Below are positions 19,312-29,224 of a stretch of 64,000 bases of DNA, piece after piece (the first letter of the stretch is position 1; the number at the start of each line of letters is the position of its first letter). The stretch is from positions 100,486-164,485 of the forward strand of contig CAZPUS010000001.1 in the NCBI GenBank assembly GCA_964589825.1. Direction: 5' to 3'. The notes below the pieces were generated by a model. It searched no databases and was not told the origin of the DNA. It was given only the letters and a program-made list of their open reading frames with translations. The DNA comes from an uncultured Fibrobacterota bacterium. GTDB lineage: Bacteria; Fibrobacterota; Chitinivibrionia; Chitinivibrionales; WJKA01. The position numbers and the translations under genes are program-made.

Positions 19312-19623
19312 ATGCCCTATTGCTGTGTAATGACCACATGCGGATCAAAGGAGGAAGCACAGCGTATTGCCGCACAAATAGTGCACAAAAAAGCCGGTGC
19401 GTGCGTGCAATTGCGCGAGGTTACCAGTGTATATACATGGCAGGGAGAAGTACATTACGATCCCGAGCACCTTCTTTACATCAAAACAACACAAAAAGCC
19501 TACCCGCAGCTTGAAAAACTTATCCGCGACACACACAGTTACGATGTACCCGAAATCGTCTCGCTTCCCATACAGAACGGGTTGAAAGAATACCTCGACT
19601 GGATTGATGAGGTAACAGAATAG
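19312..19623 (+). CDS. cutA: Divalent-cation tolerance protein CutA
   Basis: AACVQ-like GACVQL, SVYTWQG, HSYDVPEIV and YLDWI motifs. Confidence 0.92.
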   Translation: MPYCCVMTTCGSKEEAQRIAAQIVHKKAGACVQLREVTSVYTWQGEVHYDPEHLLYIKTTQKAYPQLEKLIRDTHSYDVPEIVSLPIQNGLKEYLDWIDEVTE

Positions 19624-19650
19624 ACGACTGCGACAATTGGCAACGCCATC

Positions 19651-20961
19651 TTATTCCCGGTGCTGTACGTTTCTGCTGCGCCGTACCGCACAATACTCAC
19701 CGCACATGCTGCAAAGCTTTTCATTATTGACCGGCATCGAGTTTCGATACTGAAGCGCCTTTTTCGGATCGACACACAATGACAGGACCTTCTCCCAGTC
19801 GAGATCGAATTTTGCCTGAGAAATTCTGTTATCCCATTCTATCGCCTCTTTTCTCCCGCGGGTGATATCCGCCGCATGTGCCGCGATGCGGGACGCAATG
19901 ACGCCCTCTTTGACATCGCCGACATCAGGGAGCCTGAGATGTTCAGCCGGCGTCACATAGCACAAAAAGTCCGCACCGTTCATTGCCGCAACCGCACCTC
20001 CTATAGCCCCGGCAATATGATCGTAGCCCGGGCTCACATCGGTAACCAGGGGGCCGAGCACATAAAACGGCGCATCGTCACATAACCGCTTCTGCAGCTG
20101 CATATTGGCGGCGACCTGATCGAGCGGAACATGCCCGGGACCTTCGACAAATGCTCCCACACCACGCTGACGTGCCCGTTTTACGAGTTCACCAAGTACG
20201 ATAAGCTCATCGACCTGTACACGATCGGTCGCATCTTTAATCGCACCGGGTCTGAAGCCGTCTCCGAGGCTGACCGCCACGTCGTACTTTTCACATAAAT
20301 CAAGCACACGGTCATAATCCGCATACAGCGGATTTTCCTTCTCATTTCTGGTAATCCATTCCATAAGCATGGTTCCCCCGCGGCTTACCGCGCCACCCAG
20401 CCGGCCGCATTCATGAAACCGTTCAACCGTATGCCGGTTAACCCCGCAGTGAAGCGTCAGAAAATCGACGCCCTGCGCACAGTGGTTTTCGATAACCGAA
20501 AACATCTCTTGCGGTGTCAACTGCCACATCTCCTTGCCCTGCTGCTGGGCGACACGACCCATATCGTACAGTGGCACGGTTCCCACCGGTATGTTACTCT
20601 TTTCGATGATCAGCTTCCGAAGCTTGTCGGTGTCCCCGCCTGTAGACAAATCCATTACCGCATCCGCACCGCTCTCCTGTGCCATCTGCAGCTTGTCAAG
20701 CTCCTGTTGCTGCACACTGCTCTCTGTCGACGACCCGATATTGGCATTCACCTTTATGCGCGTGCCTCGTCCCAGTGCCATCGGAGCGATATTTCGTTGC
20801 GTGTTTCGTACAATGACAACCTTGCCGCTGGCGACTTCCCGGCGAAGCAATTCTTCATCCATATGTTCCTGCCGGGCGGTCTGTCGCAGTTCTTCGGTTA
20901 TCTCGTTCGCCCTGGCGCGCTGGATTCTTGTATGTCTCACTATTGCATGCTCCCTTTTCAT
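19651..20961 (-). CDS. thiC: Phosphomethylpyrimidine synthase ThiC (short type; Bza paralog not excluded)
   Basis: KVNANIG, MDLSTG, SRGG, SLGDGFRPG, EGPGH and CSMCGEYC. Confidence 0.85.
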   Translation of the reverse strand: MKREHAIVRHTRIQRARANEITEELRQTARQEHMDEELLRREVASGKVVIVRNTQRNIAPMALGRGTRIKVNANIGSSTESSVQQQELDKLQMAQESGADAVMDLSTGGDTDKLRKLIIEKSNIPVGTVPLYDMGRVAQQQGKEMWQLTPQEMFSVIENHCAQGVDFLTLHCGVNRHTVERFHECGRLGGAVSRGGTMLMEWITRNEKENPLYADYDRVLDLCEKYDVAVSLGDGFRPGAIKDATDRVQVDELIVLGELVKRARQRGVGAFVEGPGHVPLDQVAANMQLQKRLCDDAPFYVLGPLVTDVSPGYDHIAGAIGGAVAAMNGADFLCYVTPAEHLRLPDVGDVKEGVIASRIAAHAADITRGRKEAIEWDNRISQAKFDLDWEKVLSLCVDPKKALQYRNSMPVNNEKLCSMCGEYCAVRRSRNVQHRE

Positions 20962-21085
20962 ACATTAAATTCTATAACCTCAATTAATTATACGAGCATA
21001 TTTCGTGTGCTCACCCTCGCTATACGTTCTGGTGATGCCCTTACTACTCAGGAAAGATAAAAATACAAAATTCCAGCAGCCGGAT

Positions 21086-22186
21086 TCACTCCGGAGAGCC
21101 TCCCAGTTGACCACAGGCCCCTGCGATATCCCTGCCTCTGCTTTTTCGCACCGTCACCATAACCCCTCTGTGATGAAGCCTATCCGCAAAATCTTCCACC
21201 ACCGGTGCATTTGTATGTCCGAGTGCACCGGATGTATGAGGGTTCATCGCAATACAGTTCACCTTTGCCGGATGGCCCTTCAGCAGTTGAGCCAAAGCTT
21301 TCGCATCATCATCCGAGTTATTGAATCCCTCCACTACAGTATATTCACACGTGACGGTGGTTTCGGTCTGCCGGGCATATTCCCACGCGGCTTCAAGCAC
21401 CTGCGCAATGGAATATGTGTCGGTTAACGGCATAATCTCTCTTCTTTTCTCATTTGTCGGCGCATTAAGTGATATGGCGAGGTTAATATCGGGCTCATAC
21501 TGCAAAAATCGTCGTATGCCGGGAACGAGCCCTGCGGTGGAGAGTGTAATACGTCGTCCGGATATATTGAACCCTTCCGGATGACGGATTACGGAAAGTG
21601 CTCCCCTGAACGCATCCATATTCGCGAGCGCCTCTCCCATACCCATAAATACGATATTCGTTATCTTTTTATCATCGTGTTGTTGCAGATACGCATTGAT
21701 ACCGGTGAGCTGACCGAGTATCTCCGATTGTGTAAGATTTCGAATCAGACCCATGCGTCCGGTTTCACAGAAAACACACCCCATTGCGCAGCCAAGCTGG
21801 CTCGAGATGCATGCGCTGCGACGCTTGCCGTCATAGAGCAGTACGCTTTCTACGATACCTGCTCCGTCAGGCAATGAAAACCCGAATTTAACCGCATCAT
21901 TGTGGCATGAATGCAATGTGCGGACAACCGGGAGAGCCTCTACACAGTACTGCTGCGCAAAAAGTGCCTTGCTCTTTTTGGATACGTTCGTCATTTCATC
22001 AAATGAGCCGACCCCCTTCTGATACAACCATTTAAAAAACTGGGTCGCTCTGAATCGCGGCTCCCCCATATCTAGGCATTCCTGCTGAAGTGCCTCGAAC
22101 GTAAGATCCTGCAACGGCTGTCGCTGCTTATGAACAGGCTTCACCTCGCTCATACTGCGGCTTATATCCCCCATGTGTGTTTGCAT
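21086..22186 (-). CDS. rlmN: 23S rRNA/tRNA methyltransferase RlmN
   Basis: CISSQLGCAMGCVFC radical-SAM motif, NIVFMGMGE and DIAGACGQL. Confidence 0.95.
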   Translation of the reverse strand: MQTHMGDISRSMSEVKPVHKQRQPLQDLTFEALQQECLDMGEPRFRATQFFKWLYQKGVGSFDEMTNVSKKSKALFAQQYCVEALPVVRTLHSCHNDAVKFGFSLPDGAGIVESVLLYDGKRRSACISSQLGCAMGCVFCETGRMGLIRNLTQSEILGQLTGINAYLQQHDDKKITNIVFMGMGEALANMDAFRGALSVIRHPEGFNISGRRITLSTAGLVPGIRRFLQYEPDINLAISLNAPTNEKRREIMPLTDTYSIAQVLEAAWEYARQTETTVTCEYTVVEGFNNSDDDAKALAQLLKGHPAKVNCIAMNPHTSGALGHTNAPVVEDFADRLHHRGVMVTVRKSRGRDIAGACGQLGGSPE

Positions 22187-23325
22187 ACATCCATCATCCG
22201 TGAAATACGCACATCGTAGGTATGATTTTGTCTCACTTTTTCCACTCCGTTTTGCGCAATTCGCTCTCGTTCCTGATCATGTGTACGATAGTAGTCACAA
22301 TAGTCAATACACTGCTGCGGTGTGTCGAATTCGACAATTTCCCGGTTCGGCCCCTGGGTAATGAAAAATTTATGATTGAGTGCCCGTCGTTCGGTAAGAA
22401 TAAAGGCCGCGCTGGCCTTGCAATCGAATATCCTCTGTGTAAAGGAGGTAATTATCTGTATACGGTTTATATTAACATTCACCCTGCTGCTGCGATAGTA
22501 GCTGCAGAGGTTTGTATAATAACATGCATCGGTGGATACCCGGGACGCATCGATAAAACGCTGCCAGTAAATATCCCCGAAACACATAAAGGACGATCCG
22601 AATCGTTGTGCCAGTGTTTTTATTACATCACGACGGTAAAAATAGCCAATAAGCCACTCTACCACAAACATGAATTTTTCAGGATCTGTTTGTAAATGCG
22701 GTCGCCATACCGACTCGTTGCGCAAAAGCAATTCTCGAATATCGGTGCGCGGATTTTCCCGATAACATGCATGCAGCTCGTTTATCAGCTCCCGATGTAT
22801 GGAAAGCTCTTTTTCCATCTCCCCGGTGATAAGCGTATCGATAAATTCCAGACTCGAATTCCCTACAAAGGCGATATCTCTGCGGTAGTCGACATTTTCG
22901 CTGGTATTGAAATACTGAGGATCTGTTGCCAGGGGAAGGAAATATGCCTGAAAACCCATTTGTTTCATTCGCGGCACGAACGTTTCCTCTGTGACAAAAT
23001 CGATACGTTTTTTGCATGACGGAAATGTCCGGGCGCCGTATATATACTCGTAAAACGGGTTGTCATGATACCAGTTGACCTGATAGACACCCGCCGTATC
23101 GAGCAATTTGTTCAGTTGTCCGTATTTGTCATACCCTGCATCGTTAAGCGATACCACCATGGCCGCATCATCGCGACGTACGCATTCAAAAATTTCCCCG
23201 ACCGTTTTTTCGTCTGAATGTACCGGTACTTTCAGAACGGAAAGGTTGACCCCGGGTGCCCGTGCTAATGCCGCTTCGACCTCTCTGGCGAGAAAGGTGT
23301 GGGATTTGAAAAAAATGACATTCAC
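22162..23325 (-). CDS. CgeB/DUF3880-family glycosyltransferase
   Basis: WYHDNP, FLPLATDP, RDIAFVGN, NINR...QRIFD and ERERIAQNG...HTY..R. Confidence 0.8.
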   Translation of the reverse strand: MNVIFFKSHTFLAREVEAALARAPGVNLSVLKVPVHSDEKTVGEIFECVRRDDAAMVVSLNDAGYDKYGQLNKLLDTAGVYQVNWYHDNPFYEYIYGARTFPSCKKRIDFVTEETFVPRMKQMGFQAYFLPLATDPQYFNTSENVDYRRDIAFVGNSSLEFIDTLITGEMEKELSIHRELINELHACYRENPRTDIRELLLRNESVWRPHLQTDPEKFMFVVEWLIGYFYRRDVIKTLAQRFGSSFMCFGDIYWQRFIDASRVSTDACYYTNLCSYYRSSRVNVNINRIQIITSFTQRIFDCKASAAFILTERRALNHKFFITQGPNREIVEFDTPQQCIDYCDYYRTHDQERERIAQNGVEKVRQNHTYDVRISRMMDVCKHTWGI

Positions 23326-23353
23326 GATCTGCTCTGGATTGCCGAGGGAAAAA

Positions 23354-23438
23354 TGCGGTTGGCCGGACTCGAACCGGCACGGAGGAGCACTCCACTACCC
23401 CCTCAAAGTAGCGCGTCTACCTATTCCGCCACAACCGC
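23354..23438 (-). tRNA. tRNA-Leu(GAG)
   Basis: Cloverleaf GCGGTTG...CTACT-TTGAGGG-GGTAG, long variable arm, GGTTCGAGTCC. No encoded CCA. Follows secG. Confidence 0.95.
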
Positions 23439-23490
23439 ATAATATTAAACATTATTTACTGCCCGGCAGCATCCCGGAAACGAGGATTCA

Positions 23491-23970
23491 TTACCGGCCG
23501 GTAGTATTCTCACCTGACTGAGATGCATCATTACCCGGTGGTAATTGCTGCGAGGTTCCCTGCTGCTGCATCGGTATTTGTGCGCCCCCCTGTCCCGGCA
23601 CAGTCTGAGGCTGTCCACTCTGCTGACCGGACGGTGCCTGAGGCATCTGTCCGTTCTCAAGGATCGATGCCGGTGCGTACTCCTCTTTCTGCTCGGCCCG
23701 CTGCTTGAGCATCGATTCGGACTGTCTTCCTGTTTTGGAAAGAAAAAGAGAAAGCACTACACACAATGCCATATAGGAAATTGCAAAAATCACCGTTCCC
23801 CGGGAAAGGATGTTTGCCGACTCACGGGTACCGAGTACAGAATTCGCATTCGACAAACCGCCGCCGAATGCGCCCGATATTCCGCCTCCTTTATCCGACT
23901 GTAATAATACAAGAAGACACAATACTACACTTACGATAAGCAGCAATACTACACCAATTCCAAAAAGCAT
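23491..23970 (-). CDS. secG: Preprotein translocase subunit SecG
   Basis: LVLLQSDKGGGISGAFGGG, two TMs, Q/P-rich tail; downstream of tpiA. Confidence 0.93.
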   Translation of the reverse strand: MLFGIGVVLLLIVSVVLCLLVLLQSDKGGGISGAFGGGLSNANSVLGTRESANILSRGTVIFAISYMALCVVLSLFLSKTGRQSESMLKQRAEQKEEYAPASILENGQMPQAPSGQQSGQPQTVPGQGGAQIPMQQQGTSQQLPPGNDASQSGENTTGR

Positions 23971-23987
23971 CTCTATTTACCTCTCTG

Positions 23988-24740
23988 TCAGGACATCACT
24001 ATTTCAGAAAACGCATCAGCCTTGAGTGCTGCGCCCCCGATCAGTCCGCCATCGATATCGCTCTGTGAAAAGAGCTCGGCGGCATTATTGGGTTTTACGC
24101 TGCCTCCATACTGTATACGAATTCCCTGCGCGATTTCTTCACCATACATCTCGGAGATTCGCGCACGAATAATTCCATGCATTTCGTTCGCCTGTTGCGG
24201 CGTCGCAGTTTCTCCGGTGCCAATGGCCCAGACCGGTTCGTAGGCAATGGTACATGCATCCATGTGCGATGCATCGATACCGGCGAAGGCGCCTTTTATC
24301 TGGGTGGTAACCACACTGTCCGCAATATTCTGATTACGCTCCTGCAGTGTTTCTCCTACACACACAATCGGCTTGAGACCTTCACCGAGTGCGGCATTGA
24401 GCTTTTTATTCACTGTTTCGTCGGTTTCACCAAAATACTGGCGCTGCTCCGAGTGGCCAATGATAACATACGTTGCACCGATCGCTTTCAGCATGGATGC
24501 GCTGATTTTGCCGGTAAACGCACCTTTGGACTCCCAATGAAGATCCTGTCCACCGAGTGCGATAGAAGAGCCTTTGATCACATCGTGCACCGGTACGCAG
24601 TTGACATACGGCGGACAGACGGCAATATCGACATCGGTTTTATCACCGATTTTTTCAATGAGCTCATTTGCCAGCGCCACCGCCTCATCACGCGTAGTGT
24701 TCATTTTCCAGTTACCTGCAACGAATTTTTTTCGAGCCAT
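23988..24740 (-). CDS. tpiA: Triosephosphate isomerase
   Basis: VAGNWKMN, IGHSE, AYEPVWAIGTG and YGGSVKP. Confidence 0.98.
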   Translation of the reverse strand: MARKKFVAGNWKMNTTRDEAVALANELIEKIGDKTDVDIAVCPPYVNCVPVHDVIKGSSIALGGQDLHWESKGAFTGKISASMLKAIGATYVIIGHSEQRQYFGETDETVNKKLNAALGEGLKPIVCVGETLQERNQNIADSVVTTQIKGAFAGIDASHMDACTIAYEPVWAIGTGETATPQQANEMHGIIRARISEMYGEEIAQGIRIQYGGSVKPNNAAELFSQSDIDGGLIGGAALKADAFSEIVMS

Positions 24741-24825
24741 TTATCCGGTTCCTCTCAATTTCTGTTTCATGTACTCACAATATATTTGACATAAAATAAT
24801 AAATACCGACACCTGCTTTGCATAT

Positions 24826-26028
24826 CTAATCGACTTCACTCAATGCGGCTATTCCGGGAAGTGTCTTACCTTCGAGATACTCCAGCGATGCACCGCCTCC
24901 GGTCGAAATGTGACTCATTTTGTCCGAAAGACCCGCTTTAGCAATCGCGGATGCACTGTCACCACCTCCGATGATCGTAGCGGCTCCTTTTGCCGTCGCA
25001 TCTGCAAGCACCTTCGCGATGGCATCGGTTCCGCCGGCAAACGTATCGACCTCGAACACACCCATCGGACCGTTCCATACAATTGTTTTCGCATTCGTGA
25101 GCTCCTGTGAAAACAATTCTACCGTCCGGGGACCGATATCCGCCGCTTCCTTATCCGCAGGGATGCTGTCTCTGTCCACGGTATCGGTTTTTGCATTATC
25201 CGTAATTTCGTCGGTGATGATACAATCGACCGGAAGAAGCAGCTTGGTCGATTTCGCCTCCGCCTCTTCTATGAGAGAACGTGCGAGATCGATCTTGTCC
25301 TCTTCCAGAAGCGAGTTGCCGATCTCTTTCCCCATGGCTTTAAAGAACGTATAGGCCATACCTCCACCGATAAGCAACGCATCCACTTTGTCGAGTAAAT
25401 TGCGGATCACGTCGATCTTTCCCGATATCTTCGCGCCACCCAGTATCGCAACAAACGGATGCTGCGGATTTTCGAGCGCCCCGCCGAGATAATCTATCTC
25501 TTTTTTAAGCAAATACCCGGCCGCACATTGCGAAATATGTCTGGTGACCCCTTCGGTGGATGCATGTGCACGATGCGCGGTTCCGAACGCATCGTTGACA
25601 TAGACTTCACCGAGTTGTGCGAGCTGTTGTGCGAATTCGGAATCGTTCTTCTTTTCTCCCTCGTAATAGCGAAGGTTCTCCAGCAGAAGAATCTCACCTG
25701 CCTGGAGTGTAAGCGCTTTCTCTTTAACCGCATCTCCAATGCAATCTTCCACGAATGTAACCGCGGTGTCGAGACGTCGCTGCAGTTCATCCGCAACCGG
25801 CTTCAGGCTGAATTCGGGTTTGCGCTCCCCTTTGGGACGTCCCAGGTGGGACATCAGGATTACCTTCGCCCCTTTGGCAACAAGATGTTTAATGGTCGGA
25901 AGCGAGGCGACGATCCGGTTATCGTTGGTAATCGTGCCGCTGGCATCCAGCGGCACGTTAAAATCAACTCGCACCAACACACGTTTTCCTGCTACATCAA
26001 GATCTTCTATGAACATTTTCCTTGACAT
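24826..26028 (-). CDS. pgk: Phosphoglycerate kinase
   Basis: RVDFNVP, SHLGRP, LENLR, NDAFGTAHRAHAS and HISTGGGASLE. Confidence 0.98.
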   Translation of the reverse strand: MSRKMFIEDLDVAGKRVLVRVDFNVPLDASGTITNDNRIVASLPTIKHLVAKGAKVILMSHLGRPKGERKPEFSLKPVADELQRRLDTAVTFVEDCIGDAVKEKALTLQAGEILLLENLRYYEGEKKNDSEFAQQLAQLGEVYVNDAFGTAHRAHASTEGVTRHISQCAAGYLLKKEIDYLGGALENPQHPFVAILGGAKISGKIDVIRNLLDKVDALLIGGGMAYTFFKAMGKEIGNSLLEEDKIDLARSLIEEAEAKSTKLLLPVDCIITDEITDNAKTDTVDRDSIPADKEAADIGPRTVELFSQELTNAKTIVWNGPMGVFEVDTFAGGTDAIAKVLADATAKGAATIIGGGDSASAIAKAGLSDKMSHISTGGGASLEYLEGKTLPGIAALSEVD

Positions 26029-26084
26029 ACATGACCTCTCGTTTTTCGTTCAACAGGATAGTGTGTGATAAATGGTATTGCGTG

Positions 26085-27080
26085 TTACGCCATCTTCTTG
26101 AACAGATCGACACATCTGTTCGAATAACCCCATTCGTTGTCATACCAGGAGAAAGTCTTTACCATGTTACCGGCAATCGCCATTGTTGCCTGCGAATCGA
26201 TAATCGACGATGCAGGATTGTGCACGATGTCGGCCAGCACGATAGGATCTTCCTCGTATTCCAGAATACCTTTGAGTTCGCCTTCGGCGGCTTTTTTGAA
26301 TGCGGCATTGACCTCATCAACGGTTACATCGCGCTTCAGCGTGGCCACCAGATCGGTAAGAGAGCCTACCGGGGTGGGAGTACGCACCGACATACCGTTG
26401 AGCAGTCCGTCCATATCAGGCATTACTTTGCCTACCGCTTTTGCCGCGCCGGTAGTGGTCGGAATCATGGAAACCACACCGCTGCGTGCGCGTCTGGGAT
26501 CGCTGTGCACCTGATCGAGCACATTCTGGTCATTGGTAACGGAGTGGATAGTGGTCATAAGACCTTTTTCAACACCGAAATTCTCATGCAGCACTTTCAC
26601 CATGGGAGCAAGCGAATTGGTAGTGCAGGAAGCATTCGAGACAAGTTTGTCGTCAGCCGAAAGAGAATCGTCGTTCACACCGAGTACGACGAGTTTGATG
26701 CCGTCGCCTTTGGGCGGCACGCTCAGCAGCACTTTTTTTGCGCCACCGCTGATATGTTTCTCGATCTGATCCGCTTTACGGAATACGCCGGTCGACTCCA
26801 GCACCACATCGACACCATAGCTTCCCCACGGTATCTCCGACGGATCTTTGATTGCAGTCACCGGTATCTCTTTACCATTAAATACCACTGCGTTCTCTTT
26901 TGCTTCGACCGTTCCGTCGAATTTTCCCTGTGTTGAATCGTATTTCATCGCCATGGCGATCTGTTCCGGAGTCATGAGATCGTTTATTCCTACGATATCG
27001 ATTCCGCCTTTTTCGAAAATCGCCCGCGCAACGAGCTTTCCGATACGTCCGAACCCGTTAATACCAACTTTTACTGCCAT
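26085..27080 (-). CDS. gap: Type I glyceraldehyde-3-phosphate dehydrogenase
   Basis: GINGFGRIG, SNASCTTN, PTTTGAAKAV and WYDNEWGY. Confidence 0.98.
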   Translation of the reverse strand: MAVKVGINGFGRIGKLVARAIFEKGGIDIVGINDLMTPEQIAMAMKYDSTQGKFDGTVEAKENAVVFNGKEIPVTAIKDPSEIPWGSYGVDVVLESTGVFRKADQIEKHISGGAKKVLLSVPPKGDGIKLVVLGVNDDSLSADDKLVSNASCTTNSLAPMVKVLHENFGVEKGLMTTIHSVTNDQNVLDQVHSDPRRARSGVVSMIPTTTGAAKAVGKVMPDMDGLLNGMSVRTPTPVGSLTDLVATLKRDVTVDEVNAAFKKAAEGELKGILEYEEDPIVLADIVHNPASSIIDSQATMAIAGNMVKTFSWYDNEWGYSNRCVDLFKKMA

Positions 27081-27407
27081 AAGTCTACCTCCATTTTAGT
27101 AGGATGAAAAGTACGTAATAGTATAATATGCATTGTTGTTCGCATGGTCTCTGCACGCTGAGCCCCGTTCTCCTGCCGCTTCAGCCCTGTTGTCGCATCT
27201 CTTCGAATATCGATTTTCAAAGGATACGAACTCACACCTGCATCCACCTGGCCCTTTTCTTTAACCGTGATCGGGTATGATCCGGTTATGAAACAACAGG
27301 AAAACGGTTCCACACAACGGTGAGCACCATATATTTTTAAGGATACTAAAAATAGCTTAATTACATTTACACAGTCAAATTATTTTTTTTAAGGTAGAGA
27401 ACGACCC

Positions 27408-28217
27408 ATGCCACAGAAGATTCAGCACACCGATTCCGGGCCTTGTTCCAAAGAGCTCTTTTTTATCGCGGGGCCGTGTGTCATCGAATCGGCTGAAGTC
27501 TGTCTTCAGATCGCCCGTCGTCTTGCACAGCTTGCGGCCTCGCACGAAACACGCATCTATTTTAAGGCATCGTTTGACAAAGCCAACCGCACCAGTGCCG
27601 ATTCGTTCAGGGGGCCCGGTCTGAAAAAAGGTCTTGAAATTCTCGCACAGGTAAAAGCGGATACCGGTCTTGCCGTTCTTACCGACATACATACACCTGC
27701 ACAGGCACAAGAGGTGGCCGAAGTGGCCGACGTACTGCAGATTCCCGCATTTCTGTGCCGTCAGACCGACCTTATTCGTGCGGCTGCAGCAACCGGCAGA
27801 CAGGTAAATATCAAAAAAGGCCAGTTTATGGCACCGCAGCAGATGCAACAGGCCGTGGGTAAAGCGGGGCCTCACGCATGGATCACCGAACGGGGCACCT
27901 TTTTCGGCTACAACCGACTTGTGGTCGATTACAGCGCAATGTATGAGATGAAACGATTCGGGGTACCGGTACTATTCGACGCCACCCATAGTGTGCAGAT
28001 GCCGGGGGCCGGCACGAGCTGCTCGCTCGGCAACCGGGATTATATCCTGCCGCTTGCCAGGGCAGCGATTGCAACCGGTGTTGACGGGCTTTTTTTCGAA
28101 GTCCATCCAGATCCAGATACCGCACGATGTGACGCTGCCAATACGCTTTCTCTCGAGGTATTTGTTGGGCAACTGCCTAAACTTCTGCGCCTGCACCGCA
28201 CCGTAACCGATCTATAG
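27408..28217 (+). CDS. kdsA: KDO-8-phosphate synthase
   Basis: AGPCVIES, KASFDKANRTS, QIPAFLCRQT, KKGQF and FDATHSVQ. Confidence 0.96.
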   Translation: MPQKIQHTDSGPCSKELFFIAGPCVIESAEVCLQIARRLAQLAASHETRIYFKASFDKANRTSADSFRGPGLKKGLEILAQVKADTGLAVLTDIHTPAQAQEVAEVADVLQIPAFLCRQTDLIRAAAATGRQVNIKKGQFMAPQQMQQAVGKAGPHAWITERGTFFGYNRLVVDYSAMYEMKRFGVPVLFDATHSVQMPGAGTSCSLGNRDYILPLARAAIATGVDGLFFEVHPDPDTARCDAANTLSLEVFVGQLPKLLRLHRTVTDL

Positions 28218-28274
28218 CGATGTACGCATCTCTGATCATATATAGCGTACTATTGTCATAGGAGATATCTTTGC

Positions 28275-28748
28275 ATGCCCGAGAATGATTCGTCTTTCAC
28301 ACCGCATATGCGCAGTGCCCTGGGGCAGGCACACACTGCTGCGGCTGCTGGTGAAGTACCCGTCGGCGCAGTAATAGTAAAAGATGGGCGTATTATCGCA
28401 AAGGGTTATAACCGTATGGAGCAGGCAAAAGACCCCACCGCTCATGCCGAAATAATCGCGATCGGGGCAGCCGCCTGGGCTCTCGGTGACTGGCGTCTGA
28501 ACGAATGCAGCATCTATGTGACACTGGAGCCCTGCTGCATGTGTCTCGGGGCAATATGTTCCGCCCGCATTCAACAAATTGTATATGCTGCCGCCGATCC
28601 GCGCCGCGGTGCGGTCGATTCCTTGTTTTTTGCACAGGAGATTGCCCGGGCATATCACTATTTTCCCGATGTTGTCTCCGACGTATGCGCCGAAGAGAGC
28701 TCTCGGCTTCTGCAGGAGTTTTTTTCCAGTCGGACACGGGCACGATAA
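28275..28748 (+). CDS. tadA: tRNA adenosine deaminase TadA
   Basis: EVPVGAV, DPTAHAE and TLEPCCMC. Confidence 0.92.
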   Translation: MPENDSSFTPHMRSALGQAHTAAAAGEVPVGAVIVKDGRIIAKGYNRMEQAKDPTAHAEIIAIGAAAWALGDWRLNECSIYVTLEPCCMCLGAICSARIQQIVYAAADPRRGAVDSLFFAQEIARAYHYFPDVVSDVCAEESSRLLQEFFSSRTRAR

Positions 28749-28996
28749 CTTCCGAAAACCTGCCAGATACGTTTTTTGGGCGCTTCCGGGTATCGTATGG
28801 GGCTTCACATTTTTAAATAATGTACTGGTTTTTCATGGGGAATTTTTCCCCGATATTTTTGGGAAGATAGTTTCCGGTGCTAACAGCGGTGCAGAAACGC
28901 GATACTTTTCCATTACGGGAACCCCGATATAATGCCAATAGGCGATCAAATAAGCCACCTGATTTCCTCAAACCCCGTTTTTTTAAAACTTTCCCC

Positions 28997-29023
28997 TAAA
29001 GTTTTCACCTTTGTTCCCGATAT
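28997..29023 (+). promoter_or_regulatory. Sigma-28 (FliA) promoter of flagellin
   Basis: TAAA-N15-CCCGATAT, ~200 nt upstream of the flagellin ATG. Confidence 0.85.
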
Positions 29024-29165
29024 AAGGAATAGGAGAAAATAGACACAGGGAGAAAAAGAGAAACGGCACACTCTGTACCTCCCTGAACAGCGGTATCTGC
29101 TCATCCTTACAACCCTAAGGAGGTGGTAACGAATCATCAGAAGGGAACACGGCAACGGTGGGCAT

Positions 29166-29186
29166 GATTAACACGGATCGTTAATC
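29166..29186 (+). promoter_or_regulatory. CsrA-type site (GGA in a hairpin loop) in the flagellin leader
   Basis: GATTAAC-ACGGATC-GTTAATC perfect 7-bp stem; further GGA motifs, including the RBS CAGGGAGG. Confidence 0.65.
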
Positions 29187-29224
29187 GAAACTGTTCAACA
29201 ACAATCTACACAGGGAGGTTGACA

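Noticed and set aside
20962-21085. TPP riboswitch before thiC
   Set aside because: No CTGAGA or GAACCTGA...GGGAA core motifs; only a small GAGCA/TGCTC hairpin.
23354-23438. tRNA-Leu (or tRNA-Val/Asp) as an island integration site
   Set aside because: No duplicated tRNA 3' end was seen elsewhere in the window, and the flanking genes are housekeeping-like.
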